From Zygnema circumcarinatum SAG 698-1b (taxonomy: Eukaryota; Plantae; Zygnematophyceae): 64,000 bases of DNA. The notes beneath the pieces are model-generated. The model worked only from the letters and a program-made list of their open reading frames with translations. It was not told the DNA's origin and ran no database searches. Made by a program: the position numbers and the translations under genes. The DNA lies in contig CM074804.1 in the NCBI GenBank assembly GCA_037447605.1, forward strand, positions 6,921,909 to 6,985,908, in the 5' to 3' direction. This document shows, piece by piece, positions 1-11,071 of this stretch (positions are counted from its first letter, which is position 1; every line of letters begins with the position of its first letter).

Positions 1-273
1 ACGTGCGCCTGCAGAAGCATCATCAGCAGCATAACGTCAGTGGGGCTTTGCCAACTTGCCACTTCTGTAGCTCGTCTACTTACTTCTTCCTTTACCCCAG
101 CTTTCCCATGCCTTCCCATGCGCCCCCCTCCTTCTCTCCCTCCAGCTCCTGCCCTCCTCCAGCTCCAGCTCCCTCTCCCTCTCTCTCTCCCTCACCTCCA
201 GGAGCAGCGCGGTAGTGAGGACGAGACGGAGCGCGAGCAGCGCCGCGAGGCAGAGTCGGCGCGCAAACGCCAT
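1..273 (-). CDS. 5' end of a gene for a secreted or membrane-anchored protein; exon 1 at 196-273, gene continues off the left edge
   Basis: ATG in gccgccATGG context at 273. Exon encodes hydrophobic MAFARRLCLAALLALRLVLTTALLLE, then a GTGAG donor at 195. Candidate acceptor TTCTGCAG| leaves a second exon starting at position 8. Confidence 0.6.
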
Positions 274-3085
274 GGCGGCCGCGTCGCGAGGCGGGGCGAG
301 GCGGACGGAGACAGCCCAACAGACAGACAGACAGACAGAGACGGACGGACGGTCGGGCGGGCGGGGAGGCGGAGAGAGGCACGAGCGAGGCCAGCCGGGG
401 GGGCGGGGCACGTGGCGCTGCTGCTCTGTGCCCTGGGCCCTGCGCTGCACTGCACTGCACTGTAGAGAGTGCGAGGCGCGCCCTTTTGTCGCCACGCCGG
501 GGCTCAAGTGTCGTTTGCGGAGGCGGCCGGACCGAACCGGCGTGGCGCGGGCGGGCGGTTCCGGGGCGCTCCACTTTAATTTTGTCGCTTCCGTTTTTCC
601 TTTCGGGCGCGGAGAAGCGCGTCGCGACGGGCGGTGCCGCCCGCCCCGACCGCTTCGGTCAACGCCGGTCGCGCGGCGTTACTGCGGGGCGGTTCGCATG
701 GACTGTGCGTGCGGCCACGTGGCGCAATCCTGTCCGTTACGTGCCCCCCCTGGAGCCTCGCCGCCGTCCGATGCTGTGTGCGGTTAGCGGCGGGTTTGAC
801 CCCACTCGTGGAGATACCGTTTTTGGCGGTCCCTCACGCCAGCTGGCGGGCTTGTGGCCGCCAGCTGTCAGGGACTGCGGATGCGATGCGCGATCAGGAC
901 TGTCGGCGCATGTGCCGACTTTGCCCGATCGCTGCCAGGTGGCGGCCGCTCACTGCTCACTTATGTCGCGGATCGCGACAGGCGCTGCCGGCCGAATCTC
1001 TCGGCTTTTTTAACGGGGCGCGCCCGCGGCGTATCCGACACGGCTAGTTGTCGGTGCCGTACGCCCGCCGATACACACTCCTTTGGATTCTTCAGTGCGT
1101 CCTATTGCACACGAGCGTGACGTGGCGTCCAGTAAGAGGTACCACGTGGCGTTAGCGGCAAGTGGCGGGGGGCGCGCCGGACGCATTATGAGCGGCGTTA
1201 CGGCGGGCCGCGGCCGCAGCGATGGCGCCAAAAGAGGCGTCAACGGGCCGAGGGCGGAGGCTGACCGTTGCGGATTCGGGGAAAAGGCCACGTGGAGACA
1301 CGTGGCCGATCCAGGAGGTAGCGCGCGGCGCGGAGAGCGCTCCGCGTGGCTTTGGCGTTTATGGGCGCGCGCGGGCGGCGCATGTGGGCGGGCCTCTCGC
1401 GGCACCACGTGGCACACTTGGCCCGGCCAACCGTGGGCTGCCAGCTGGCGCCCTCGCGGGCCGCGAACCGCCGCCACTCTCGCTCGTTTCGCGCTGCCCT
1501 TCGCTTTAAGGCCGCGCGGCAACCGCCTCCGCGCGCGTGCTGCGGACGGCGGACGGCGGGAGGGAGGGAGAGAGGCGGAACGCGAGGGGAGGGCGGCGGC
1601 TGCTGGGAGGGAGAGAGGGAGGGAGGGAGGGAGGGAGGGAGGGAGTATCGCTTCGCCGAATTAGATATACGGCGATTCGATACGTCTTCTTTTTTCTCGT
1701 CCACTGGTGAGGGAGGGGTTACGCCAAGATGTTGGCCCAGATGCGGCTTGCAGGAGTGGTTCGATTACGACGCGTTCTCTAGCGCGTGCAGAATGAGAGC
1801 GGCCTTTGTAGAGTACCTCAGCATCAAGGAGAAAGTGATGATTTAGAAATTACTCGACAACTCTTGAAGTTGACATGTGTCGAGCTTGATGTAGTGCGAG
1901 TGACTCGTGGTATGGGCTATGCATTATGGAGACTTGTTGCGCGTAATTGTGCCACAACAAGAGGAGGGCCCCTGCCCTTGCCATTGCTTTTGTATGCTTT
2001 CGCCTTACGTGAAAACATATTGTTAAGTTTAATCGCGCAACATCATTCAAGTGCAATATAAGGATTACTCCGAACGTGACGCAAAACTCAATCCATCACT
2101 GACGTGTAGCGTTGTAGGGTTGGAAGCTGTCAAACAGCTTCAACTATCCAACGAACAGGTCAGCTTGCCACCGCAAACAGCAATTATTCATTGTTGACGG
2201 AATGTGACTGACATAATCATTTTCTAGTTGACAAAAAAGCAAAAGCTGCAACAGCTTATGGAGAGAAACACAGCTTCCTTCCATCGTTAGCACTCCCTTT
2301 TCACGCCTTGCCATGGTAAATTCAGCAATGCACAAAACTACATTTTTGGCATAATCTGGTCCTCGCTCATGCTGGGGAACCGTACTGATTATGGAATCGA
2401 ATAGTATGCGTAAACCACTCGCGAGCATTGCGTTATGGCCGTGCTGTTCAATGCGCCCAAATGAGGGACAGCCTACAGCAATCCTCTCACCCGCGCACTG
2501 CCCGCCATGACCCAAACTGTCAGCCCTCCTTCTTCGTCGATGCACCGCGCAGACCGACCGCCGTCGGATGATGCGCTGAGCTGCCTCCATCGCAGGGAAG
2601 GTCGGGCCGGCAGGGGACCGCCAGGCTTCGCTCAAGGGGCAGTGTTCGCCAGGCAACGGGCAGAGTCACAGAACATGTACGAGAGTAAGGGCAGGAGAGA
2701 GGATACGCGAGTGGAGTGTCGGTGTACCTTCAGTGAGTTGGTTCACTCAAAGGGCAGTTGAAAAGACAATGAGCGATTCAATTATTTTTTCCATTGGTTT
2801 GTTCAGAATGGCCTTCGACGAAAGATTGTGGAGACAAACATGGATCCCTATAAACTTTATGGTAGTCAGAATCTGATGAACAGTAGACGAGATCAACGCA
2901 TCAATGCATGAACCCGCGTGTTCAGCATGGAGAGTATGCGCGTCCCTAATATTTTCAGCATTATTTTTTTTTTATTTACCTTCTGGTGCTGTAGAACGTG
3001 TACATGCAGACAATTGCGAGCCGTCACTCTCCCGCGGAATTTGCATCGGCCCCCTCCACTCGGGTACCAGTAGGCCCCACGTATA

Positions 3086-3191
3086 CAAGGCGATGGAGGG
3101 GGCCCGAAGGGGGCTTAGCCCATCCTCAGATTTTTAGTTTATGTATGTATAATATTCCCAATCTTCAGAAATATTCCTGGATCCGTCGCTG
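3086..3191 (+). mobile_element. short degenerate MITE-like element (possibly hAT-type)
   Basis: Core GGGGGCTTAGCCCATCCTCAGATTTT is shared with 16576-16601. Ends in CTGGATCCGTCGCTG, resembling a TIR end. No TSD found. Confidence 0.35.
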
Positions 3192-3875
3192 TTTATGACC
3201 GGTTCCTCGTGGTTCTCCGTGTTGTTTTTGTGCATGAGAATTTGGTGGCATCGCAATCGTGAGGTGAATGTCAGGTTTCCCTTTCTGCTGGACCGCGAAA
3301 GGAGCGTTAGGTAACCCGCCACTGTCCGCCACGGGTCACAAACGACCAATGAACGAAAGGAAAAAGCTAGGAAGGAACTCTGCTTCTAGTTCTGGGCCCA
3401 ACAACAACAACAACAACACGCTGGATATAGAGGCCTTCAGTAGAGGGCGCGCTTGAATCCTCCTCCTCGCCTCGCTTCGCCTCCCTCCCTCCCACCCTCC
3501 CTCCTTCCCTCCCTCCCTGCCTCCCTCCTCCCTGCCTCCCTCCCTCTTTCCCCTCCCTCCCTCCCTCGGCCGCCGCCGCCGCAGCGCGCTCGGAACGAAC
3601 GGACGGACGGAAAACGAACTTTCCGCCCTCGCGCAGTCAGCGAGCGACAGACAGAGCCGCGGGTCGTACGAACCGTACGGTGGGGACCGCGAGCGGCCGG
3701 CCAATGAGAGGTCGCTATTCGCAGCGCGGGGCGGCAGACCCAAGGGGCGCGCGCCAGCTGGCGGGCCGTACAGCGCCAGCTGGTGGCCAAAACCGGTCCC
3801 GCTCCGCCGTCCTTGCCGCCGCCGCTTTTCGCCGCAGAACCTTCCGCGAAGCTTAGAGGCAGAGGGCCGGCCGCC

Positions 3876-4538
3876 ATGGAAGGCGGCGAGGTCCGTCGGA
3901 GGGCGCATGGAGACGCGAGTGCGGACGGGGGAACGGAGTTGACTTTGGAGGAGGGATGGCGAATTTTTGGAGACGACTCGACCAACACTAGCGCCAGTCG
4001 GAGTGCGAATTCGAACAATTTTGTTGCCGTCCATGGTTACAATGGTGCGGTCTGGGTCCGTACAAGCGCAAAAGTAGGGGTCAACCGAACCCTCGTCGCA
4101 TGGCATGAACGACGCCGACGGTATCGTGGCACGAGCCGGAGCCAATCCTTCGATTCCAGCTTACAGCCCCGAGTGTTGCGAACCGTCGACACGGCACGTT
4201 CCCATCTTCTTCTAACAACCTTCTGATTGTTGCAGTTCAAAAACGCAGAGCCTGAAGGCGGAATGCCACGTGCCGCCCATATATCACACGTACCATACTG
4301 CAGGGAGGGACCAGTGGATACACCGTCTTCGAGGACAAGGGACCAGTTAGCATTTGCCGGGTATCCTAAAGCGGCACAGAAAGGCCAACACATTGGACCA
4401 GCAAATTGCGGCGACGATGGCTGGGCGCACTCGCCAAGTGACCGGCAAAACGACATGACACCTCACCCTTTCGCTGCGGCACTTGCAAGTTTAGACGGGA
4501 AAATCAGACCGGCGCAACTCCGCACCCTCGGCATATAA
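3876..4538 (+). CDS. unidentified small protein, probably 2 exons (exon 2 at 4236-4538; donor not fixed)
   Basis: gccgccATGG start preceded by a CCAAT/GTAC promoter. Branch point CTAAC and TTGCAG acceptor at 4235. Frame is conserved against the paralog at 10455-11071 with third-position changes (CAT GGT TAC vs CAC GGG TAT), a 9-nt in-frame indel and the same stop. Confidence 0.5.
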
Positions 4539-4819
4539 ATAGTTTTCAGCTACTTCTGTTCCCAGCTGTCCCCTGCCTGGACACCTTAGGACTGCGCTGA
4601 CCATACATCGCCTAACTAGCGAGTCAAGAGTTGCCCACGAACAGCCTTGCACCTACGTACCTGAAAACAAAGATCTACTTCCTGCAATGCCTGCGCTCAA
4701 CGCGCTCTGCCGCGTGCACTTTCCATTCTTTACAGTATGCATAATTTGCAGCACTTCCAATACCGATCATCCGTGCTACAAAGAGTCGCCAACACATCGT
4801 TATTGAGAAGCTTCAGTCG

Positions 4820-7800
4820 TCACCTTGCGACTGCCGTAACTGTCTCAACCGGCGCTGCTTGGATCCCTCTCCACCAACTCTCGCACTGCCTAACCGCCGG
4901 TTCTTGATGCCATGGATCTGACAAGGGGGGATCAGCGGGACATTCCACTTTCCATGGCGGCTGATGGTAGCACGGGTCCGATGTCACTGATCTCAGGCAG
5001 TCACTCTTGTCCGGCTCCCCGCCCTCGTGGTTTAGTCCAGCGAGAAGAATAGGAGGGCGTGCCATGAGACCAGATGCAACATACCCAAATGTTGAACCTT
5101 TGGTGATGAAAATGTCATCGCAAAAACTTAACAGCCACATGTCAATGAGGGCTTCCTCGTTGTGCGCGTCGTCAGCGCTAATTTGCTCAACCTGCGTCCA
5201 ATGGCCAAACAGAGACCGGCATGAATAACCCAACAACTCTGTGGCGCAGCCGGACGACAACATCTAGCTACCAGGGAAGCTCCACTATTCGTGCGTCTTT
5301 TGAGCACCCTGGTCAGCAAGTGCCAAACGCAGCCACTTGCATTTCCTCAAAAGAAGGTTAGCCAGTCAGAAACAAGCTTCACCAGCAGACTCTCTGGTGC
5401 ACCAGAAACCGATCAGGGCTCAGACAGAGTCGCACATCAATTAAAATGGACTCACTGCTTTGTTTTGTGCTGAGAACGAGGAAAGTGAAGCGGGCTGAAT
5501 AAATCTGGCCACTCGCGATCCCTATCTCGTGGCCTTAGCTTTTGACAAACTGTCAACTTCTAATGACTGAATGACTCTGTGTCTGAAGGTCGTCCAGTTT
5601 GCCATGTGGTGAGGTTGAATATTTTTCTTTCTGTTTTTATAACAGCAGTTTCAAGTCGTCCAGCTCCTCATGTGTTGAGATAGGATTTTTTTTAGACCTT
5701 AGAGACTAGATTTCAAAGCCATAAAGCCTGTTCAAAGAAGTTTGAAGAGTCAGGCCACTTGAAATTTGTCTACAGGATGGAAGGCTTGTGCAGCTGATCC
5801 GTGAAGCAGCACTGGCAAGTTTTGTTCGAAGGATTTCCAGAAGTCTCCAGTCACACTGTGGATAGACTTGTTGAATAGCCTTTCTCCATTCGTTTTTAAC
5901 TTCTTTAAGTTCTCATTAAACTCCTTCAGGGAAGCGGCTGGACTCCAGACAAACCAAGGTAGGATCCATTCTGATGTGCAGGATAGGCCAAAAACTTTTC
6001 TCCACTTGCGATAAGATGGGAGTGGGTAAGATGAACAAAACAAACCGCAAACGACCTCCATTTCCGGCATTGTTGCGTTCAACAGAAGAGTCAAAATTGA
6101 CAAGAGTCAAATCAAGCATAAATTCATGTGCATGTGACCAAAAGAACACGATTACTCTTTATGGACACACGGTAAACACCTTCAGCCACCAAGTCAAAGG
6201 CCAAACTCCATTCTCCAACAGTGGATTAGTTGGGTTTATTCTCCTCGAAAAAAGGACTTGCTACCCTTTTGAAGAATACGTTTGATATTGTTTCCATCCG
6301 CCAAACCCAGCAAGTATACACACGAGGAGATTATCAGAAAAAGCAGCAGGAGGGAGCATCCATATGCAGGAATCTGCAAGCTGTGGCAGAGTCTGCATTG
6401 GACGTCAGGGAGGGCAGAGCAGAAATGCCAATTCCTAAGAAGATGGCATTAGAGATAAACACCTTCACAAACCTTCTGCGTGTCTTCCTCCTAAGTAGGA
6501 GGAAGACACGCAGAAGGTTCGTAGCCTCAGAGAGTTTTAGCATTCACAGAGAGCTGCCGAAGGACTCACCGCATGGCTGGCCTTGTGAACAGTCACCCGC
6601 TTTCCGCTTTCGTGGGGGTTCAACATGTACAACTTTTTCAGATGGAAAAAGAATTCACGCTTCAAGCTTGCCACAAAGATTGCCGCTTCCGGGAGCCGAG
6701 AAAATACGATGCTTTCGTTCAATTTCTCCAAAGGGACAGGCAGAACGCCAATCCCCTGCGCACACTTGTCCAGTCTTTCGCTCTTCTCCTTAGTCCAGGG
6801 GGTTTCCTTGGTCCTGAGCTGAAGGCCCAGGCGCTGATGCGCAGGCTTCAAGTAGCGCGAATATATGTCCACCGTTCTCTCCCACAGCTTGTTTACGGGG
6901 CTCAGTATGTACCTTGCCATGGGGGTGAATGTGAGACGGTCGGGAAAGAGGCGTTCCATCTCAGCCCGATACCTTGTGAAGTAGAACCCGGGTGCGTAGT
7001 ATTGGTTCGACTGCATGAGGAGAACTCTCACCTCCTTCAGCCGTTCAAGCTCGCTGGGGCAAAAAAACTGGATGCCTTCCTCATGATTGACGTTGACTTT
7101 GACAGCATGTAACGGTTTTGTTGCGTTCTTAGACTCTCGCGCTTTCGCCCCTTCCAACACCCACTCATTCCACGGTTTTGTTTCACTGATCATCAAGTCT
7201 GTTCGGACTCGAATTGGCAAAAGCCATGAGGAATTGAAAAAGGGTTCGCAAAACATTTTTTCAATGGCCCATTGCCGATCGAGCACTAGCACTCGCTTTG
7301 TGAGAATGGCAAGGATGTAGGTGGAGACAAGGGAGATCATGCGGTTTCCAAGGCCATCATAGGGAGCATACCAGACCAAGTACTGACAGGGCAGAGGCCC
7401 CTTGCCTCTTCCCATCAAGGCCTCCCCCAGGGCCTCATCCTTCCCATACTCAGCCTCTTGCTGGCGGCAGTTGCTGTGGAAAACCTCATACTCCTCCATG
7501 GCCTTCAGTAGAGAAGGCGAAGCCGTATAGTTGGACGCTCGCCAGAAAAGGTGCTGATCAAATTGGCTGGAGCAGTCTGCAGAGAAGGAGGGGAAGGCAC
7601 CGGACATAAAAAATTAAGCCAAGCAGAGTTCAAGCTTAGTGCATAGACGTATAAGGGAAGGTCGCAGACAACTGTAGGGAGTCTTGAAAATGATGGTAGT
7701 CGACGAAAGCTAGAGAATCACAAGGGTCAGGGGAGAGGGAATTGAACATTAGAACTACACGTAAACTGACATCAAGCAACAAACAAGCAGCTTGTTGAAA

Positions 7801-8518
7801 TTTAACCTGGAAATCTCTAACATTCTATTGTGCAGTCAATCTACCACTAGCTAACTTGATGCATGCGACCAATATCCTATCCTTGGACAAAGTACCCAGC
7901 TCAGCTCGTTTTCGCTTCCTGCATGATTGACACAGGTCCATTCAGCTCAAAAAGCAACTAGCACTATACTCTAGGCCGAGCAAGTAAGTATTGTGCTATG
8001 CAAGGAGGCAAGCAATCTTACATCCAAAAAACAAACATGATACTGGTAGACAATAAAAGTCCTTGAAAGGCTACAAAAGTACTTTAGGAAACATGGATCG
8101 TTCCAAGCAACTTCGTACAGTTGACATCCTTGCACTTCGAGCAAGCAAATGAACCGCTTTAAATGAAAACTTTAAATATCCCGCAATGTGAAGTATCGAA
8201 AGAGGCGTGGTCAGTTACAACGTCACACTCGTATCATGGCAAACTTTTGACTCTTGTGTAGCGCGTATGGGAGGTTTCTGCTGACTGTGCCTCACCACTT
8301 GCGATGCCTGAAGACTCCATGCAAGGAAGCCAAAGTCAACAAATCTAATTCCTCATAATTCCTCTGATCACAGATCACTGATCACTTTCTTCCGCAACCA
8401 ACTCACCAATATCTCGAATTCCTCTGAAAGCCTGTGCTCCGGATATGAGCGCACAAATCATAATCATTTCAATGCATACCAAGCCATAACGCGCCATAAA
8501 GGCATGGCCTTGCGCCAT
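4820..8518 (-). CDS. FUT: GT37 xyloglucan-type galactoside alpha-1,2-fucosyltransferase, copy 1; exons 8407-8518, 6570-7576, 4820-5191; 496 aa
   Basis: GT37 motifs GLGNRMISLVSTYILAILTKRVL, RLGLQLR, EALIDMWLLSFCD and STFGYVASGL. N-terminal signal anchor (type II Golgi). GT-AG junctions give an unbroken frame. Confidence 0.92.
6470..6519. repeat. perfect inverted repeat, 24-bp arms and 2-nt loop, in FUT copy 1 intron 2
   Basis: AACCTTCTGCGTGTCTTCCTCCTA-AG-TAGGAGGAAGACACGCAGAAGGTT. The paralogous intron has only the right arm. Confidence 0.95.
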
Positions 8519-9266
8519 CTTGTCAGTGACCACCTGCGACTGTTGCCCAACATAATGACAACCCCTATCAGTTCACGTCCATATTTCAAAAGGCTTCGCA
8601 TGCTCCCCATTATTCTAGCCATTCGCATGTCAGTGCCTTCGTCTACGTGCCATTACGAGAAATATAGCCTGCCTTGGCAACCTCCTTTTCAATATCAAGG
8701 AAATTCCTGGACTAGTCTGATCTCCGTTCTTTTGTAAGCCTATGGACAGCGTGCTCCAAACCTCATGGCTCAGGACCAGTGCTTTAGGATGCAGAATATT
8801 CTCAATGTTGCGTGATCCCAAGGTCAGCTGCCAGCTGGAACGCAGCTCACGGGAAATAAGATACGTTGTACCAATGGAGCGGATTCATGCACGGCTCACA
8901 CCTACAATGCAGCGTTCACAAGCTTAAAGACTGCCTACAACCTTCCGCGCTACAAAACCTCACCTCCGGCCGGCAGACTCCTCCGGCCAGTGCTGTGAAG
9001 CGAATAACTTGCGCTTTCTGACTCTGACTCTGAGGCGAGAGGAAAGAGGAAGGAGGAGTGAGGGGAGAAGGAGCAGTCCCAGACTTGTTCCTGCTCCCGC
9101 TCCCGCTTCCCTGCTGGCTCTGTCTCGGGCAACCGCAGCCGCGACAGCGCGCGCTGGGGGGGGGGGCTGTCTCGAAGGACAGGACAGGCTTCAAGCGCAA
9201 TATATCGAGATATATCGCACGGCAAATGTCATCCTGATAGGGGATGTGTTCGGCTGCTCTTTTTTT

Positions 9267-9934
9267 GAAAATGATACTTCGTCCCCTTTTTTGGGTTATC
9301 CCGCCCCTCTTTTTTTTCAAATCCCGCCCTCCCATTTTGGCTATTCCGCCCTCTGTTTTGGATATCCCGCCCTTCGCCATTTTGGATGTTCACCCCCCTG
9401 TTTTGTCCTTATCACACATCAGCGCAACGTCCGTAAAGACATTCGCAGAGAGAGAGAGCAGAGGAGAGAGAGACTAGAGGAGAGAGAGCAGAGGTGAGAG
9501 AGAGCAGAGGAGAGGGAGAGCAGAGGAGAGAGCAGAGGGGAGAGAGAGAGAGAGCGAAAGAGAAAGAAAGCAAGCAGGCCAGCCATTCCATCATCACAGA
9601 GCTTCACCCCACCAAGGGAAAAGAATAAAAAGAGAATAAAAAGATCCTAAATATAGAAAAACTCGACAAAGTGTCTGCGCATTTGAAGCCTACAAGCTGC
9701 CAAACTAGCTACACCTACGCGTCTAACGTAGGGTCTAGAGTACAGATCTACATTGCTGGAGCCAGCCTGCCAGAATATTGGAGGGGAGGGAAGGGAAGGG
9801 GAGGGGTTATCTCCTCCCGACATATCCAAAATGGATTGGGGGGGGGGGGGGGAGGGGAATAGCCAATGGGAGGGCGGGATTTCGAAAAAAAATGGGGCGG
9901 GGTAACCCAAAAAGGGGGGCGAAGTATCACTTCC
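9267..9934. mobile_element. non-autonomous TIR element (Mutator-like MITE/foldback), about 670 bp
   Basis: About 100-bp imperfect TIRs (GAAAATGATACTTCGTCCCC... and ...GGGGGCGAAGTATCACTTCC) with T-rich flanks. Absent at the equivalent site of unit 2 (about 15738). Confidence 0.75.
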
Positions 9935-10454
9935 ATTTTTTGTTGTCGATTCTTCGACTTCCTCCTCCGAAGCTTTTTGTTTTCCTTAGACATACTGCTG
10001 AAGGCGGCGCAATTCAACCAGCGCTACAAAACTCAGCGCTCTCAAATCACACACTCATGAATCCCAAGAGAACAATTTGACAGAGCTTTATTCCAAAACT
10101 GATCTGCAAAAACCAAACATCCTATGGTTCTCATCAAAACTCGGTAGATCAAATCCTGAGTTGTAAGTTTTATATACCGTTCACACCTAGAACCCTACCG
10201 CCAAAGTGTTCATGAACAATAGCACTATGGGCTCTAGGATCCCCAAAGGTCTGCGGATTGCTTCAGCCTCGGGCCAGTCGCGTCCAACAAATCGACGGAT
10301 GGGCGTACGCCAGGTGGATCGTCGGATCAACCCTGGCCGTTAGATCGGGAGGCGCACTTGCGGGAGCTGAAGCCGGATCGGGTCTTCAACCTGAGGGGTC
10401 CCGCGAACGGCGAGGATTGGAAACCGAACTGAAACTATTTGGGCGGTTCAGCGA

Positions 10455-11071
10455 ATGGCGTTGCCGTCATGTGCTAACACTTCTCCATGTGCCAACGGAT
10501 GCATAGAAAAACTGCTGCATAGAACTGCAGGGACATGGGATGTCATGCCATGCCAACACGGGTATAAATCGTGCGTTCTGAGCAGAAATCAGGGGTCAAC
10601 CGAGCCCTACTGGCCGCATGGCATGACGCGACACAGATGGTATCGCACTACATGCCATAACCAATCCTTCGAGGCCAGTTTTTAGCCCCCAGAGTTGCAA
10701 ACCGGCGATTGCCCCAAGTGGCTGGCAACATGCAGTGTCCTTCTTGAGCTCCACGTTACAAGGCGTGCCAAGTTGCGCTGAAGGCGGAATGCCACTGCCG
10801 CCGATATCACATATACCATATTGCCGGCAGGGACCAGTGGATACATCATGCTTCGAGAACAAGGGACCAGTTAGCCTTTGGAAATGAAGCCGGGTATCCT
10901 GAAGCGGCACAGAAAGGCCAACACATTTGGCCAGAAAATTGCGGCGACGATGGCTGGGCGAACTCGCCAAGTGACTGGCAAAACAACATGACACCTCACC
11001 CTTTCGCTGCGGCACTTGCAAGCTTAGACGGGAAAATCAAACCGGCGCAACTCCGCACCCTCGGCATATAA
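10455..11071 (+). pseudogene. frameshifted paralog of the orphan gene at 3876-4538
   Basis: Same peptides (HGY, YR..QSF, ISHIPYCRQGPVDT, GDDGWANSPSD, LRTLGI*) but a +1 indel near 10849 and a divergent 5' end. Confidence 0.5.

Larger units (their letters stand above)
4077..10075. repeat. tandem duplication unit 1 (paralog of about 10592-15890)
   Basis: Continuous colinear similarity covering the orphan gene 3' part, the whole fucosyltransferase gene and its promoter. Offset about 6.5 kb. Confidence 0.9.

Noticed and set aside
3336-4145. 269-aa minus-strand ORF
   Set aside because: Runs through a (GGGA)n microsatellite and overlaps the better-supported plus-strand gene and its promoter.
5750-6103. 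Intronic ORF in FUT intron 2, partly conserved in copy 2, with a faint LINE-RT-like RPLEI motif on the plus strand
   Set aside because: Similarity is explained by the duplication. Indels break the frame and no further RT motifs are present.
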